A stretch of DNA of 64,000 nt from a virus. Its lineage: Duplodnaviria; Caudoviricetes. The translations under genes and the position numbers were made by a program. Shown piece by piece: positions 1 to 10,900 of the stretch; the first letter of the stretch is position 1, and each line of letters opens with the position of its first letter. The notes beneath the pieces are model-generated. The model was not told the DNA's origin. It did no database searches and worked only from the letters and a program-made list of their open reading frames with translations. The DNA lies in IMG/VR virus record IMGVR_UViG_3300028601_000022, positions 32,001-96,000 of that record. The stretch is one strand, 5' to 3'.

Positions 1-182
1 AACTCTTCCCTTGAATAGTTCTTCGGGTCAAGGCCAATAGCGCGGGCAATGCCCAAATCACTAAGGGTAATCGGGGTAGTTTTCCCATCGCTGGGTGTGA
101 AACAGTGGAAGGTCAGGGACACCATGTTGTCCACAACCTCTTTCAACTGCACGGAGTCGTCTGTAAAGTATTTTTCAATCAT
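1..182 (-). CDS. Hypothetical protein, truncated by the window edge (MIEKYFTDDSVQLKEVVDNM...)
   Basis: ATG at 182 directly follows the TAA of the upstream gene (TAAATG coupling); the frame stays open to the window edge. Confidence 0.6.
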   Translation of the reverse strand, partial: MIEKYFTDDSVQLKEVVDNMVSLTFHCFTPSDGKTTPITLSDLGIARAIGLDPKNYSREE

Positions 183-404
183 TTAGTCCCCCGTTACCTT
201 AATAGGAACTACTACCCTGTCCCGGTTGCAGTACATCACCTTACGGGTTTTGGAAGCAAGGAATACTTCGCCCATAAGATTACCGCAACGCGGGCACTTG
301 TGATTACGAATGTTTTCCAGGCTACTGCGCATCGTGAGAGAACCAGCATTGGATGCACCGGCAGTAAGGAGAGCCTTTTCCCAGGGATTCTTCGTTTTAG
401 CCAT
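183..404 (-). CDS. Small zinc-ribbon-like protein
   Basis: AAGGAG RBS before ATG at 404; CPRC...CNRD motif. Confidence 0.65.
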   Translation of the reverse strand: MAKTKNPWEKALLTAGASNAGSLTMRSSLENIRNHKCPRCGNLMGEVFLASKTRKVMYCNRDRVVVPIKVTGD

Positions 405-414
405 TGTGGTCTCC

Positions 415-1185
415 TTATGTAAGGTCACGGATAAGAGATTTCCAGTACTTGATAAGACCGGTTTTCACTTTGTCACGGTTGCCCTTACTAGCCGGAATGC
501 CAAGAAGCATTTCCGCATATGCAGCAGTCAGGGTATTGCGCAGAAGCAGAACCGGGCGGTTCAGTTCTTTATCAAACTGGACAATGACGTCGGTATTGGT
601 CTTGACCGGACGGATATACCTTCCCGCTTTACGCTGGAAGTTGCTCTTGACCATAAAGGCACGAAACTCCTTGGAGTCAAATTCAATGCCCTTTTCCAAG
701 ACCATAACGCGCTTTGAGGTTACCACAAGAGAACCGGGTTTCGGTTCATCAATAGAGGCAAATGTCTCCTTGAGGAACTTAGAAACGATGCCCTTTCGCG
801 CGCCCTTGCTAAGGAGTGAATCAATAGCATTAAGCTGGGCTACGCGGGCATTTTCAGTCCGGTCTTCAATCCTTTCCTTCGTTTCCTGTGTAACGGTGGC
901 TGCATTCGCATCAAAGGGCTGCACTTTCCTTTTCAGGCAGTAGTTAACCCAAATAGCAACACAGCAGGCCCATTGCCGCTCCGGTTCCTTCTTGTATCGG
1001 CCCCACACAGACGCATACTTGGTAACAAAGGCTTTCCAATACTTGTCATGTGCCTTAGGGTTTATACCTTCAGGGGGAACCTTCAAAGAAGGAACCGGTG
1101 CCTTGGCTTTTGCAGCAGTGAGGATACTGACTCGGCCAAGGGCAGCAATAAGGTCCGTAAAGCTAACACCAGCAGGAAGTTTCAT
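415..1185 (-). CDS. Hypothetical basic phage protein
   Basis: AGGAGG RBS before MKLPAG; tightly packed in the minus-strand operon. Confidence 0.75.
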   Translation of the reverse strand: MKLPAGVSFTDLIAALGRVSILTAAKAKAPVPSLKVPPEGINPKAHDKYWKAFVTKYASVWGRYKKEPERQWACCVAIWVNYCLKRKVQPFDANAATVTQETKERIEDRTENARVAQLNAIDSLLSKGARKGIVSKFLKETFASIDEPKPGSLVVTSKRVMVLEKGIEFDSKEFRAFMVKSNFQRKAGRYIRPVKTNTDVIVQFDKELNRPVLLLRNTLTAAYAEMLLGIPASKGNRDKVKTGLIKYWKSLIRDLT

Positions 1186-1203
1186 ATGCACCTCCTGAGG
1201 ATG

Positions 1204-2004
1204 TTATTTCAAGGACTTGAGGGCCTTCACGTATTCAGGGCCGTAGCATTCAGCCAGGAATTCAAGGATGTCTTCACGGGAGGTGCTGCCATCAAGGGCG
1301 GCGGCTTCGATGATGTTGACGATGGAAGCGGCCGGAAGATAGGCGCTGGCCTTATGGCCACCTTCTTCGATGGTGATGCCAACGGAACTTCCGGTAATGT
1401 CGGTAACTTTGGCAACGTCAATGTAGGGCTTGATGCCGTCTTCTGTTTGCTCGGTAGCAAAGAACAGAACGGTATCGCCAGGGTGCGCGGTCAGCACAAA
1501 GCCGTCAGGCTGAACGCGGGCTTCCTGGGCAACGGAAGCGGTGAGAGCAATGCCCATCACTTCTTCCAGGTCATCATCATTGGCACGCATGAGGTACTGC
1601 TTGCCACCGATTTCCTTGCGTTCCCACACGTTCTGCATTTCCACATCCAGATAGGTGGACGCGGTGATGGCCTGGCATTTCGCCATGTTGGCTTCATCGG
1701 CCGGGCGAACGTGATGGCTGCAACGGTAACCGTGTACCGAAGCAAAGATAAGGTTGGGATGCGCTTCGCTCTGCAGGGGCGTAAACGAAGGGGCAAAGGG
1801 GATGACCTTGTTGTGCAGGTTTTCGTGAATAGCGGAAACGGCGTCAGCAGCCGTGAAGGGAACCAAAGAAGCCACGATAATACGGGCTGTAACCTTGCCG
1901 CAGGGAGTAGCAGCCGCTACCCAGCAGGTGCGGGGCTTGGAGCCGCTCTGATTGCGGAGAGCAGCGCCCATCTTGTCCAGAATGGTATCAGCAACCTTTT
2001 TCAT
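1204..2004 (-). CDS. Hypothetical protein, probably virion/head-associated
   Basis: CAGGAG RBS before MKKVADT at 2004; strong GC3 codon bias; several [VIL]TA motifs. Confidence 0.75.
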   Translation of the reverse strand: MKKVADTILDKMGAALRNQSGSKPRTCWVAAATPCGKVTARIIVASLVPFTAADAVSAIHENLHNKVIPFAPSFTPLQSEAHPNLIFASVHGYRCSHHVRPADEANMAKCQAITASTYLDVEMQNVWERKEIGGKQYLMRANDDDLEEVMGIALTASVAQEARVQPDGFVLTAHPGDTVLFFATEQTEDGIKPYIDVAKVTDITGSSVGITIEEGGHKASAYLPAASIVNIIEAAALDGSTSREDILEFLAECYGPEYVKALKSLK

Positions 2005-2041
2005 GTGTATCTCCTGAAAGTTTGAATGCGTGTGCGGAAGC

Positions 2042-2650
2042 CTAGGCCAAGGACTTTTTGAGCAAGCCATCAATGTACTTCTGCAGGACCTTGGTGCGGG
2101 AATCGTACTGGTCAGCACCAATGCTGGCAAGGAGAGCCGCCGGTATGGTGAGGGTAAGGTCAACAGAAACAGACGGCTTCGTTGCAGTGGGCATGGTCAC
2201 ATTGTAGGTAACCAGGTCCCTGTATTCCTTGCGGAGTTCAAGGGAGAACGCGCCGGACATTTCCGAGTAGTCGTCACGGGCTTCCGTTTCAAACGGAATA
2301 TGCACATCCACGCTGGCCGAGCCATCGCGCTCAAAGAACATATTGGTGATAGAGGCTTTGCCCTGCGTAAGGGCGTTGCCCAGGTTGAAGTTCGCCATTT
2401 CCACAAGGCTCTGGACTTCGCGCACGGCAAGACCGAGATAGTAGGCCTGCTTGTCAGGCTCCATCGTTTCAATGCCGCTGGTCTGAAGCTCTTTGGATTC
2501 GGCGTCTTCCGCCTTTGTTACGCTTTCAACAATAGAAGAGGCGACCAAGGCCGCAATATACGACCGCTTTCGCGCCGGCTTCTTGGTTTTCTTTTCGCTT
2601 CCCGTAAGCGCGGCCTTTACGTTAGCCGAGATAATGGACTGTACACTCAT
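2042..2650 (-). CDS. Hypothetical protein, probably virion-associated
   Basis: GAGGT RBS before MSVQSII; operon context. Confidence 0.7.
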   Translation of the reverse strand: MSVQSIISANVKAALTGSEKKTKKPARKRSYIAALVASSIVESVTKAEDAESKELQTSGIETMEPDKQAYYLGLAVREVQSLVEMANFNLGNALTQGKASITNMFFERDGSASVDVHIPFETEARDDYSEMSGAFSLELRKEYRDLVTYNVTMPTATKPSVSVDLTLTIPAALLASIGADQYDSRTKVLQKYIDGLLKKSLA

Positions 2651-2701
2651 AGCAACCTCGATATTATCGGTTATAGGCAAGTGTTTATGCCATGCAAAAC
2701 T

Positions 2702-3307
2702 TTAGGATCGGGCAAACTTGATAATAGACTTCTTCATTCTCCCCCGCATGCCTGTAATTTTCCCTTCAAGGGAGGCGCCGTACTTTCGATAGGCTTCTGT
2801 CATTGCCTTTTCGAGCCGTTTGTACTTCTTTTCATCATCACCAGCATGCTTTTCGAGGGAGTCCTTGATGTGCGAACCGAGGTCAAGGAGAGACCGGTCT
2901 AAGAAGGGCTTCATTACCTCCTCGAAAAGGGAGTCGGCAAGCTCCTCATAATCAAAGGCATCTTCAATTGCCTTTGTGAGGTTCTGAATATCAGAAACCA
3001 ACCGAGTCAGCGCATACACGTTGCTCGGGCACGGTTTGGCTTTGAATGCACCTCGTGCCGTAGCCAGCGTTGCAATCAATACCTTGCGCATGGCTTTCAG
3101 CAGGTCCAGGTTGGTAACGACATCGTCCATCGCAAGGTCGGAGAGCTTGTCGAGTGCCTCTGCATACTCGGTACTCAATTTCTCCCTGTCGCCCTTCTTT
3201 TCAAAGCGGTTCTTGCCAAGCCGCTTCTTTTTCTTTTTGCCAGGTTCCCCTTCCTCGTAGTAAGAAGGTGGAATAGAGGATTCAAAGTCAATCTTTCTTG
3301 CAGCCAT
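2702..3307 (-). CDS. Hypothetical helical protein
   Basis: GGGAGGG RBS; 201-aa ORF with a lysine-rich N-terminus. Confidence 0.75.
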   Translation of the reverse strand: MAARKIDFESSIPPSYYEEGEPGKKKKKRLGKNRFEKKGDREKLSTEYAEALDKLSDLAMDDVVTNLDLLKAMRKVLIATLATARGAFKAKPCPSNVYALTRLVSDIQNLTKAIEDAFDYEELADSLFEEVMKPFLDRSLLDLGSHIKDSLEKHAGDDEKKYKRLEKAMTEAYRKYGASLEGKITGMRGRMKKSIIKFARS

Positions 3308-3350
3308 ACATTCCCTCCCTGAGAGTATATGCTCGGATTCGTAGGGCCAG

Positions 3351-3443
3351 TTAGGGCTTCACAAGAGCAACAGCCTTATGCAGGTCTTCAATGGAAGCTG
3401 CCTTGGCATCCGAAGAAACCACTTTTACTGTAACAACTTTCAT
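3351..3443 (-). CDS. Putative 30-aa peptide (MKVVTVKVVSSDAKAASIEDLHKAVALVKP)
   Basis: ATG 7 nt after the upstream stop; N-terminus resembles that of the 3451-3729 protein. Confidence 0.4.
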   Translation of the reverse strand: MKVVTVKVVSSDAKAASIEDLHKAVALVKP

Positions 3444-3450
3444 GAGGTCC

Positions 3451-3729
3451 CTACTTGCCGATGCGCTCTTTCTTCGGCGCATGCTTGATATTGGAGAAGC
3501 CGCCCTTCTTGCCTTTCTTGTCGGTACGGGCACCCAAGGACTTCGAGAGCTTGTTAAGGGCGGAGGTCGCCTCTTCAACAAGGGCCAGGGCTTCTTTGGA
3601 CTTGGCCTTTTTCAGCTTAGGGCTGACACGGGTATAGGCCTTGAAAAAAGCCGACACAGTATCGTTGGCCTTTGCAGTAAGGTCTACCGAATCCACAGAA
3701 GCAACCACGGTAACAGAAACGGTTTTCAT
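3451..3729 (-). CDS. Small basic protein (MKTVSVTVVASV...)
   Basis: AAGGAG RBS before ATG at 3729; Lys-rich. Confidence 0.7.
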   Translation of the reverse strand: MKTVSVTVVASVDSVDLTAKANDTVSAFFKAYTRVSPKLKKAKSKEALALVEEATSALNKLSKSLGARTDKKGKKGGFSNIKHAPKKERIGK

Positions 3730-3901
3730 AAGGTCTCCTTTTGGTACGCAAGGATATGACGTAAAACTTTCATAACCCATGAATGCGAACATGATACTCA
3801 AATCTTTTACAACCTTAGCCCTTTCTGAAAAGTTTTGCTATAGATAACAGGTTATATGTCCTGTTTATACCTTGTCGGCTACTACTCCAGGAGGATTATA
3901 T

Positions 3902-6900
3902 ATGGCTCTGTATGTGAGGCTTGCTTCTCATGTATTCAACACATTTGAAGCCTTTAAGAACTGGATGCTGGTTCAGCAGATTGATATAGCCAGCAATCCA
4001 ACGCGGGCTCCTATCCTTCTTGCTGGCCAAAAGGTTACCATCAGCGATACGAAGACCGTGTATGCTGCGGTGAAGGAAATAACCAAGGTAGAGGACGTTC
4101 TTGAGCCTGACCTTAATGGTGGCTTTCTACCGAAGCTGCTGGCTGGCCAATCTTTTCTTTTTCCTGTATTTGCTCCCGGTGTTGCCAACCTTGCTATCTA
4201 CCCCGCAAGCGCTCCTGGCACAGTACCCCTGAAACTGGGCGAAGAGCTTATGGTTCATAATGCAGCCATCACTCTCGCCTTCGATGGCCAGGAAGAAAAC
4301 TGGAATCGCACATCTAGCATTCATGTTCTTGATGAAGGGAACACTACCCTTAACACGGGCCCGTTTTCCGTGTATGTTCGCACGGGCACCGAAGTAGCAA
4401 AATACCGTGAAGGTAAGGTAGTTACCCTGCAAAAGAACAGCAGCTACATGCTGGTCCTGCAAAACGCAACCAACGTGCAGCTTGTGGAAACCGGAAAGAG
4501 TACAATGCCGTTGTCTACAGCCATTCCGGACAACCCGAATGCTGCTCTTGATACCAACATACCATCTGAAAAGGCTGTATCGACTACCATCTTCAACCTT
4601 AATGACCGGTTGTCTAAAGCAATCAAGAGCAGCACCGGCTTCCTGCAATATACAGGCGTTGACCCGACCACCGATACCGTGGTGAAGATGGCAGAAAACG
4701 AACTGGCAGTTGACATTGCGTATGCAGCAGGCTCCCTGGAAGAACTTCCGGCTCCTAGCATAGACAACATTTATGCCCTTACGCTGAACGACAATACCAC
4801 AGTGAACGTACTTCGGTCAAAAACCGAAGTGACTCCTGTTTTCAGCGTGAATACCAACTATCTTGGTGAAGGTCACTTTGGAACAGTTGGTGTTCCCCTT
4901 GCTATTATTACAGCCTACCCTGGTGCGGTGAACAATAACATCGTGTCCAACCTGGATACAAACTCCGAATGGTACTACAACGGTATTACCTGGATTGAAA
5001 CGATACGCCCAGCTGGTGATTCAAAGTACCTGCACAACCTCAACTACAAGGGCGTCTACGACTTCCGCAGGACTCCTGCTTACATAGCCCAAGCCATTCA
5101 GATGATTTTCCCACTGTCCGTGAACGGTAACATTGTGAACAACGCAGTTACCAATACAGAGTGGGAAAAGGCTGCAGATACCTGGTCAGACTCTGGCCGC
5201 CCTGTAGGGGCTACTGCCCAGATAGACAACCCTAAAGTAAGTGGTACGTTTGCTTGGGATCCTACAAATGCTGACCAGGTGAAGAGCGTTCTTATATTCA
5301 GGTACGGCGATACGCACGACGATGGGAAAATCATCCTCGTGCAGGGCGGTACCGAATGGAAGTATGACGCTTACAATGCGGCTAACCCCTGGTCTGACCT
5401 TGGAACACCGGCTGGTACGCACTCTGACCTCCCTAACCCGATGTATCTTGGTACTGGAAGTTTCGGTGTAGGTGCAGCCGCAGCTAATAGCATTCTTCTT
5501 GCGCATCCGGAGGCTGTTGAAGGTAACTACATAGGTAATACAGACACCGCATCGGACTGGTTGTTTGGCGGTACGGTCTGGACAGATACAGGTGTGGCAC
5601 TCGGCTACTACAGCAAGATACCTAACCCGGCCTATGGTGGCGAGTATGTGTTTGATGCAGGTAACGGTGCTGAGGTATCGGCTGCTATTAGCGGCACGTA
5701 TCCGACTGCTCCTGTATCTAATGTAGTGTACTCTATGATGACCAACTCTGAATGGGTGAAGAGCGAATCTGGTCTGTGGGAAAACACCTTTAGCCCTAAC
5801 CAAACAACGCCGCCTAAGGTTGATAACCCCGGACTTCTAGGTACATTCAACTACCTTGAATACTGGGCGCCACCGGCTGAAACCCTGAAGCTTGTTTTCC
5901 CGGAGGCTACGTACGGTTGCTTTGTAAACAACACAAGCTCCGGCACGGAGTGGGAATACTCGAAGGACTACCTTGCTTGGGTTGATACACTGCGACCGTC
6001 TGGTACTACCCCTACAGAAGGTAATGACCACTATCTGGGTGCGGCCCCCTACAAGACCAACCCGCCTACGGATACGCACATTCTGAATATGCTATTTCCG
6101 AATTCTTCGGAAGGAACCTTCGTCCATAACATTACGACAGACTCCTACTGGTACGTTTTGCGCGGCACTTGGGTGAACACTAAAGAGAAGCTTCTCAATC
6201 GGTGGAGGTACGACCAGGTAGGCGTGTATTCCTGGGAGAATCGTGGAACGTCCGTTATCCTTCCCGGTAACCTGTTTCACCTTACTACCCGTTATATCGA
6301 CACAACAAAGTCAGAAATTTACTGGTTTGCAAACAGTTGGAACATTCTCGACTTTGATTCGGAAGCAGCGACACCGTTCACTACGGTAAAGCCTGGCTTC
6401 CTTACAGGTAAGAAAAGCTTCGGGTTTGTTGAGCCCTTCGTTGACGAAAACGACGTTACGTTCGGTAGGGTCAACGGTCTTGTAAACAGCGGTGCTGGTA
6501 ACCGCTTTCTGGATGACTCTGGTAACTACAGTACGGTTACGTCACCTCAGGTCTTCACTGCTGCAACCGACGTGTATGTTGACTTTGCCAACGGCAACGA
6601 TAGCCGGGAGGGCACTACGCCTAGCACGGCATGGAAGACGCTAGAGAGGGCCAAGTTGTTCTTGGCTACCGTGAACGCTAATTATGATTACGAGGCTGGC
6701 GGTTCGGCTTACCCGTCAAAGGTAGTGCTGCACTTTATCGGCGAGAATGCAACCCAGGACTTTACCATTGAAAACACCGCATTCCTCACTGTGGTTGGTC
6801 ATGGAAGCAACCCGGTTGCAGTATGCAAGAAATTGAGCATTATCAATAGCTCGGTTACCTTGCAGGGCGTCACCGCGACGGGCATAATCACTGCCTGGAA

Positions 6901-7945
6901 ATCGAAGATGCAGTTCATTGACGGCCTCACTTGCGGCGGTCTGGATATGATTGAATCTTCGGTGGAACAGAAGTCCAGGCTTACCATACCGCAAGCAAGC
7001 AGCGGTTATCCAACGATAAATATAGATGAACGGTCTTTGTTCTATCATACTGCCCTCATTGAGAGCGGTGTTAATCTCAACGCTACCGTTCCGTTCCTCA
7101 ACGTGCTTGGCACTTACATCAAGGCGAGTGGGGCTTCTTTCAATAGTCTTACTGGAATAAAGCTTCGGGGCGTTCGCGTTGCAGTAGGTAGCCTGGGCCG
7201 CTTGGTGGGAACAGATATTCCCTGGCTTAATAGTGCAGTACCCTATGTGACGTATGCAGATACTACCTCGGCTGACCCTGTCCGAATGCCTACCATCCGC
7301 TCTATGTACGGTACGGATGAAAAGACCGGTTTTCAGATTGCTGACGGTCGTGACCTTGCAGACGTTATCGGTGCAGGCCACACAGGTCTTACCGTTAAGT
7401 CCACTTTCTTGCAGGCGCTGAGGGAAATACCTATTGAAGAGCGCAAGCAGGGTATGACCATCTTCATTCAGCAGTTGAAGGGGCTTTACTACTTCCGCGA
7501 CGGCATCATGGATAAAGACCTCGTAAGGATGGTGGTTCCCCACTACAACATTACCTATGAAGTACAGGAATGCTGCACAGACAACTGGGCTGACCAATTC
7601 CCGTATGACTTGGTAGACGATGAAAACTTCCTTGGAGAGAACCCAATTCCTCCTGTGGAAGAGCCCATCGAGGACTATGTTTTCAGCAGCAGTCTTGATT
7701 GGGATGAACTCGTTACAGCTGGCAAGTTCTACTTGCAGAGTGTGATGGACGTATCCCAGAATGCTCCTGTTAATTCTACTGCTTGGTGGTGGCTGGAAGT
7801 AGGAACCCATGCTTTCAACGGAACAGAGTTGCGTATAATCCAGAAAGCCAAGCAACAGGATACATTAGGCTATACTCTGACCCGCGTGTTTTCTAACGGT
7901 GCTTGGAGTGACTGGTCGCATAACTATGCCCAGTTTGCTGGTTAA
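3902..7945 (+). CDS. Long tail fibre/adhesin with about 8 internal ~60-aa repeats, a beta-helix-like segment and a C-terminal pyocin-knob-like domain
   Basis: GGAGG RBS before ATG 3902; repeats ending in T.S/T.EW....W.DT..P.G; DVYVDFANGNDS..G....AWKT motif; C-terminal WDELVTAGKFY...WWLEV...RVFSNGAWSDW. Confidence 0.75.
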   Translation: MALYVRLASHVFNTFEAFKNWMLVQQIDIASNPTRAPILLAGQKVTISDTKTVYAAVKEITKVEDVLEPDLNGGFLPKLLAGQSFLFPVFAPGVANLAIYPASAPGTVPLKLGEELMVHNAAITLAFDGQEENWNRTSSIHVLDEGNTTLNTGPFSVYVRTGTEVAKYREGKVVTLQKNSSYMLVLQNATNVQLVETGKSTMPLSTAIPDNPNAALDTNIPSEKAVSTTIFNLNDRLSKAIKSSTGFLQYTGVDPTTDTVVKMAENELAVDIAYAAGSLEELPAPSIDNIYALTLNDNTTVNVLRSKTEVTPVFSVNTNYLGEGHFGTVGVPLAIITAYPGAVNNNIVSNLDTNSEWYYNGITWIETIRPAGDSKYLHNLNYKGVYDFRRTPAYIAQAIQMIFPLSVNGNIVNNAVTNTEWEKAADTWSDSGRPVGATAQIDNPKVSGTFAWDPTNADQVKSVLIFRYGDTHDDGKIILVQGGTEWKYDAYNAANPWSDLGTPAGTHSDLPNPMYLGTGSFGVGAAAANSILLAHPEAVEGNYIGNTDTASDWLFGGTVWTDTGVALGYYSKIPNPAYGGEYVFDAGNGAEVSAAISGTYPTAPVSNVVYSMMTNSEWVKSESGLWENTFSPNQTTPPKVDNPGLLGTFNYLEYWAPPAETLKLVFPEATYGCFVNNTSSGTEWEYSKDYLAWVDTLRPSGTTPTEGNDHYLGAAPYKTNPPTDTHILNMLFPNSSEGTFVHNITTDSYWYVLRGTWVNTKEKLLNRWRYDQVGVYSWENRGTSVILPGNLFHLTTRYIDTTKSEIYWFANSWNILDFDSEAATPFTTVKPGFLTGKKSFGFVEPFVDENDVTFGRVNGLVNSGAGNRFLDDSGNYSTVTSPQVFTAATDVYVDFANGNDSREGTTPSTAWKTLERAKLFLATVNANYDYEAGGSAYPSKVVLHFIGENATQDFTIENTAFLTVVGHGSNPVAVCKKLSIINSSVTLQGVTATGIITAWKSKMQFIDGLTCGGLDMIESSVEQKSRLTIPQASSGYPTINIDERSLFYHTALIESGVNLNATVPFLNVLGTYIKASGASFNSLTGIKLRGVRVAVGSLGRLVGTDIPWLNSAVPYVTYADTTSADPVRMPTIRSMYGTDEKTGFQIADGRDLADVIGAGHTGLTVKSTFLQALREIPIEERKQGMTIFIQQLKGLYYFRDGIMDKDLVRMVVPHYNITYEVQECCTDNWADQFPYDLVDDENFLGENPIPPVEEPIEDYVFSSSLDWDELVTAGKFYLQSVMDVSQNAPVNSTAWWWLEVGTHAFNGTELRIIQKAKQQDTLGYTLTRVFSNGAWSDWSHNYAQFAG

Positions 7946-7975
7946 CAACAACGAACCTTAGACAAGGATTATGCT

Positions 7976-10900
7976 ATGAATAACTGCGGTCCTCAGGTAA
8001 TCAAGGGCACGACGGCTATTTGGACCGTCAACAACAATGTGATTGCCCTCGGTGTCTTCTGTGTGGAAATCCTCACCAACAACAAAATCGCTGTTCGGGT
8101 AGGCGATGGCGTAAGGAAGTTCTTGGACCTCCCTGTCATTGCTACCAGCGAATCCTTCAGCGAAGTTATGACCTGGACGTCTGGCTCTGCATACAGCGCC
8201 AACTCCCTCGTTGCCTACAACGGCGACATTTATGCCGCGAAAGCCGACATTGTGGCCAGCCCGGTGTTCGACCCCACGCAGTGGAACACCCTTACGTCTA
8301 CTGCGCTGGTTGCCGAGGTGGCTTCTAAGTTGAGCAAAGTGGAAGCTTCTCGCGCCCTGCTTGAAGACCTGCAGGTACAGACTTCCCCTACTTCCGTTAT
8401 CCTTAAGAAGCACTCATACAGCCTGGGCACTGCAACTGCCAGCGAAGCCGATGCAAGTATTCCGCTTGCGGACGGCGCCAATGCCGGTGCTATGCCTCCG
8501 TCAGCTTTCAACCAGCTGAATCAGAATACGGCGCGCATTGCCGCCCTTGAAGGGCGCATTACGGTGTATCTTGTTCCGTTTACCGGCTTTGCTGACCCCG
8601 ACGCTCCTACGCAGCTTGAACTTACTGATGCATACCAGACCGCAGCTGGCGTTGATACTATTCCGTTCGACGGCGTTACGCTGGTTCGCGAAAGCAACGT
8701 GGCTGAAACGTACCGCTACTATGCCAATGCCGACGAATGGAAAAAGAATGCCACTGGCAGTCTTTCTATCGCACAGAACGGCGCACTCGGCATTGTGCAG
8801 GGCGATACCGAAGCTGGCAAAATCTTCATGGAAGCCGACGGCACAATGTCCCTCGTTGGCTACGATGTTATCGTTGAAGGAAAGACTTTCCCGGCAGCGG
8901 GCCTCACAACGAAAGACCTGGCGAGCGGCCTTACTCTGCAAAAGACCGCTGCTGTTACGCGCAAGGATACCCACAACGGCTCCCAGGAAGAAAAGGATAT
9001 CCTGGAACTGCAGGTTACAGAAGGTGGTGTGATGAAGCAGGTTGGCGGCCTTGCCGTCAACGGCGTTCGCATCGACTTTGACCACAAATCGTTGGTCATA
9101 AAGACCAAAGGCGAAGATGCCTTTTACCAGCTTACAAACGGGCCCTACAAGATAACGTCGGCGAATGCTTGCGTGGAAATGTATGGTCGCCTGTTCATCT
9201 TTGATGAAGCGGTCCCGGGCAAGGGTATCATACGCAACGCGGATGGAACCATCAGCGAAGTGACCGACCTTGGCATCTACTGCCCTAGCAGCACTGTCAA
9301 TGTCATCCACGTGTTCGACCCTGACGACAAGGACGTATGCTTCATTATCAATGAAGCCACCCAGTCTACCACCCTTTGCGTGTATCCGGACGGCTCCTAC
9401 AAGACCTGCGATTTTGGCACCGTTGGACGCACGCCGCAGAATATCTCCAACATCGAGCTTCTTACCTCCCTGAACGGAGAGCGCCATTCGTACTACATGA
9501 GGGAAAGTCATGCCCTTAATACCGCAGTCAACACGGCACTTACAGAACATATTCTGTTCCAGTTGGAAGACTGCACATTCAAAATCCTGGATGCTACCAC
9601 AAAGGCCTGCGACGGCGGTGATGAAACATTTGTACCGGGTGCCAACTTCGGCGATTACAGGATTTTCTGGGAAGGGCACACCGACATTGACGACATTGTG
9701 CCCAACTCCAAGAACTCCCTGGACATGTTGTATGCCGACAACAAAATCGGTAACCGCCGATTCCCCTTCAAGACCGGCCAATGGCAGACTGAATCTGGTT
9801 CTGTTCGCCGTAACAAGAGGATGAGGGCGCCGCATAACGGTCTGTATACCTTCAGCAAGGGTGCCCAGATTTTGTGGGGCCAGTTCAATACCAACTTGCA
9901 GGCCATGCTGATTACCCCGGAAGGCTTCATTGGCTGGTTTGAGTGCAAAGACTCGCTGGCGAAATGGTTCAACAAGGACTTCCGCGAGTTTGAAATTGAA
10001 AGAGGCCCGTATGCCGGTAAGCGCGGTATCATCTTGTACTCCATCGACGGCGGTATCAAGACGATGGTTATTGTCAACTCCTATGACAATGACCCTGCGC
10101 ATACTCTCTGCACCGGCTTGCATACCAATACGACCAACTTGCACCACGTTTCAGGCAAGAATCCTATTGCAGACAACTTTGCGTTGAAGCCCAACATGGT
10201 TTACACAGATGGTATCCGCGTGTATCTTGGCCAGGACACCAAAGCCGTTGCTGCAAGCAAGAGGTACTTTGTGTACTTCAACTTGTCAGAAATGGCGCCG
10301 AATACCTACAATGCAGGAACCGATACGTGGACGCGTAACTTCGACTGCCACTGCATTGACTCGCTGATTGATACCACGTTGACCACTCTTATTTTTGAGT
10401 GCAATGCGTGGAACACTACTTATCACTGCGACTTCGGCACGGGTTCCGATGGTGGCACAGGCACCCTCGTCAAGGGCGAGGGCACAGTATCCATGTTCCT
10501 CCCACTGCAAGAAGATACGTGGGACGGTGCAGACGGCATACGCCCCCACTTTGTGCGCCATCCTGGTGACATTAACGTGTACGCAAGCATCGGCACCGGT
10601 GCTACAGGTGCTTCCTACTGGATGAACCCAAGCAGGGTTGCTGTAAACTGGAATAATCACCATATCCAATGTCTGTGCGCACCTACTCCTGCAGCGGTTA
10701 CGCAGGCTTTGGACTTCTATTACGATGCAGCCGCTAAGAGGATGGTATGCCGTGCAATTAACTTTGCATCGGGCAAGATTCATCTTCCTGTTGTCATTGA
10801 CAATAAGCACATGCTGCTGTGGCCTTCGGACGGCACGGCCCGCTGCGTTGCTCTTACATGGGACTCCACTGCGGAGGACTACACGGTAATAGACGGCGGT

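Noticed and set aside
973-2902. Plus-strand 350-aa and 290-aa ORFs
   Set aside because: Antisense to RBS-supported minus-strand genes; composition typical of shadow frames
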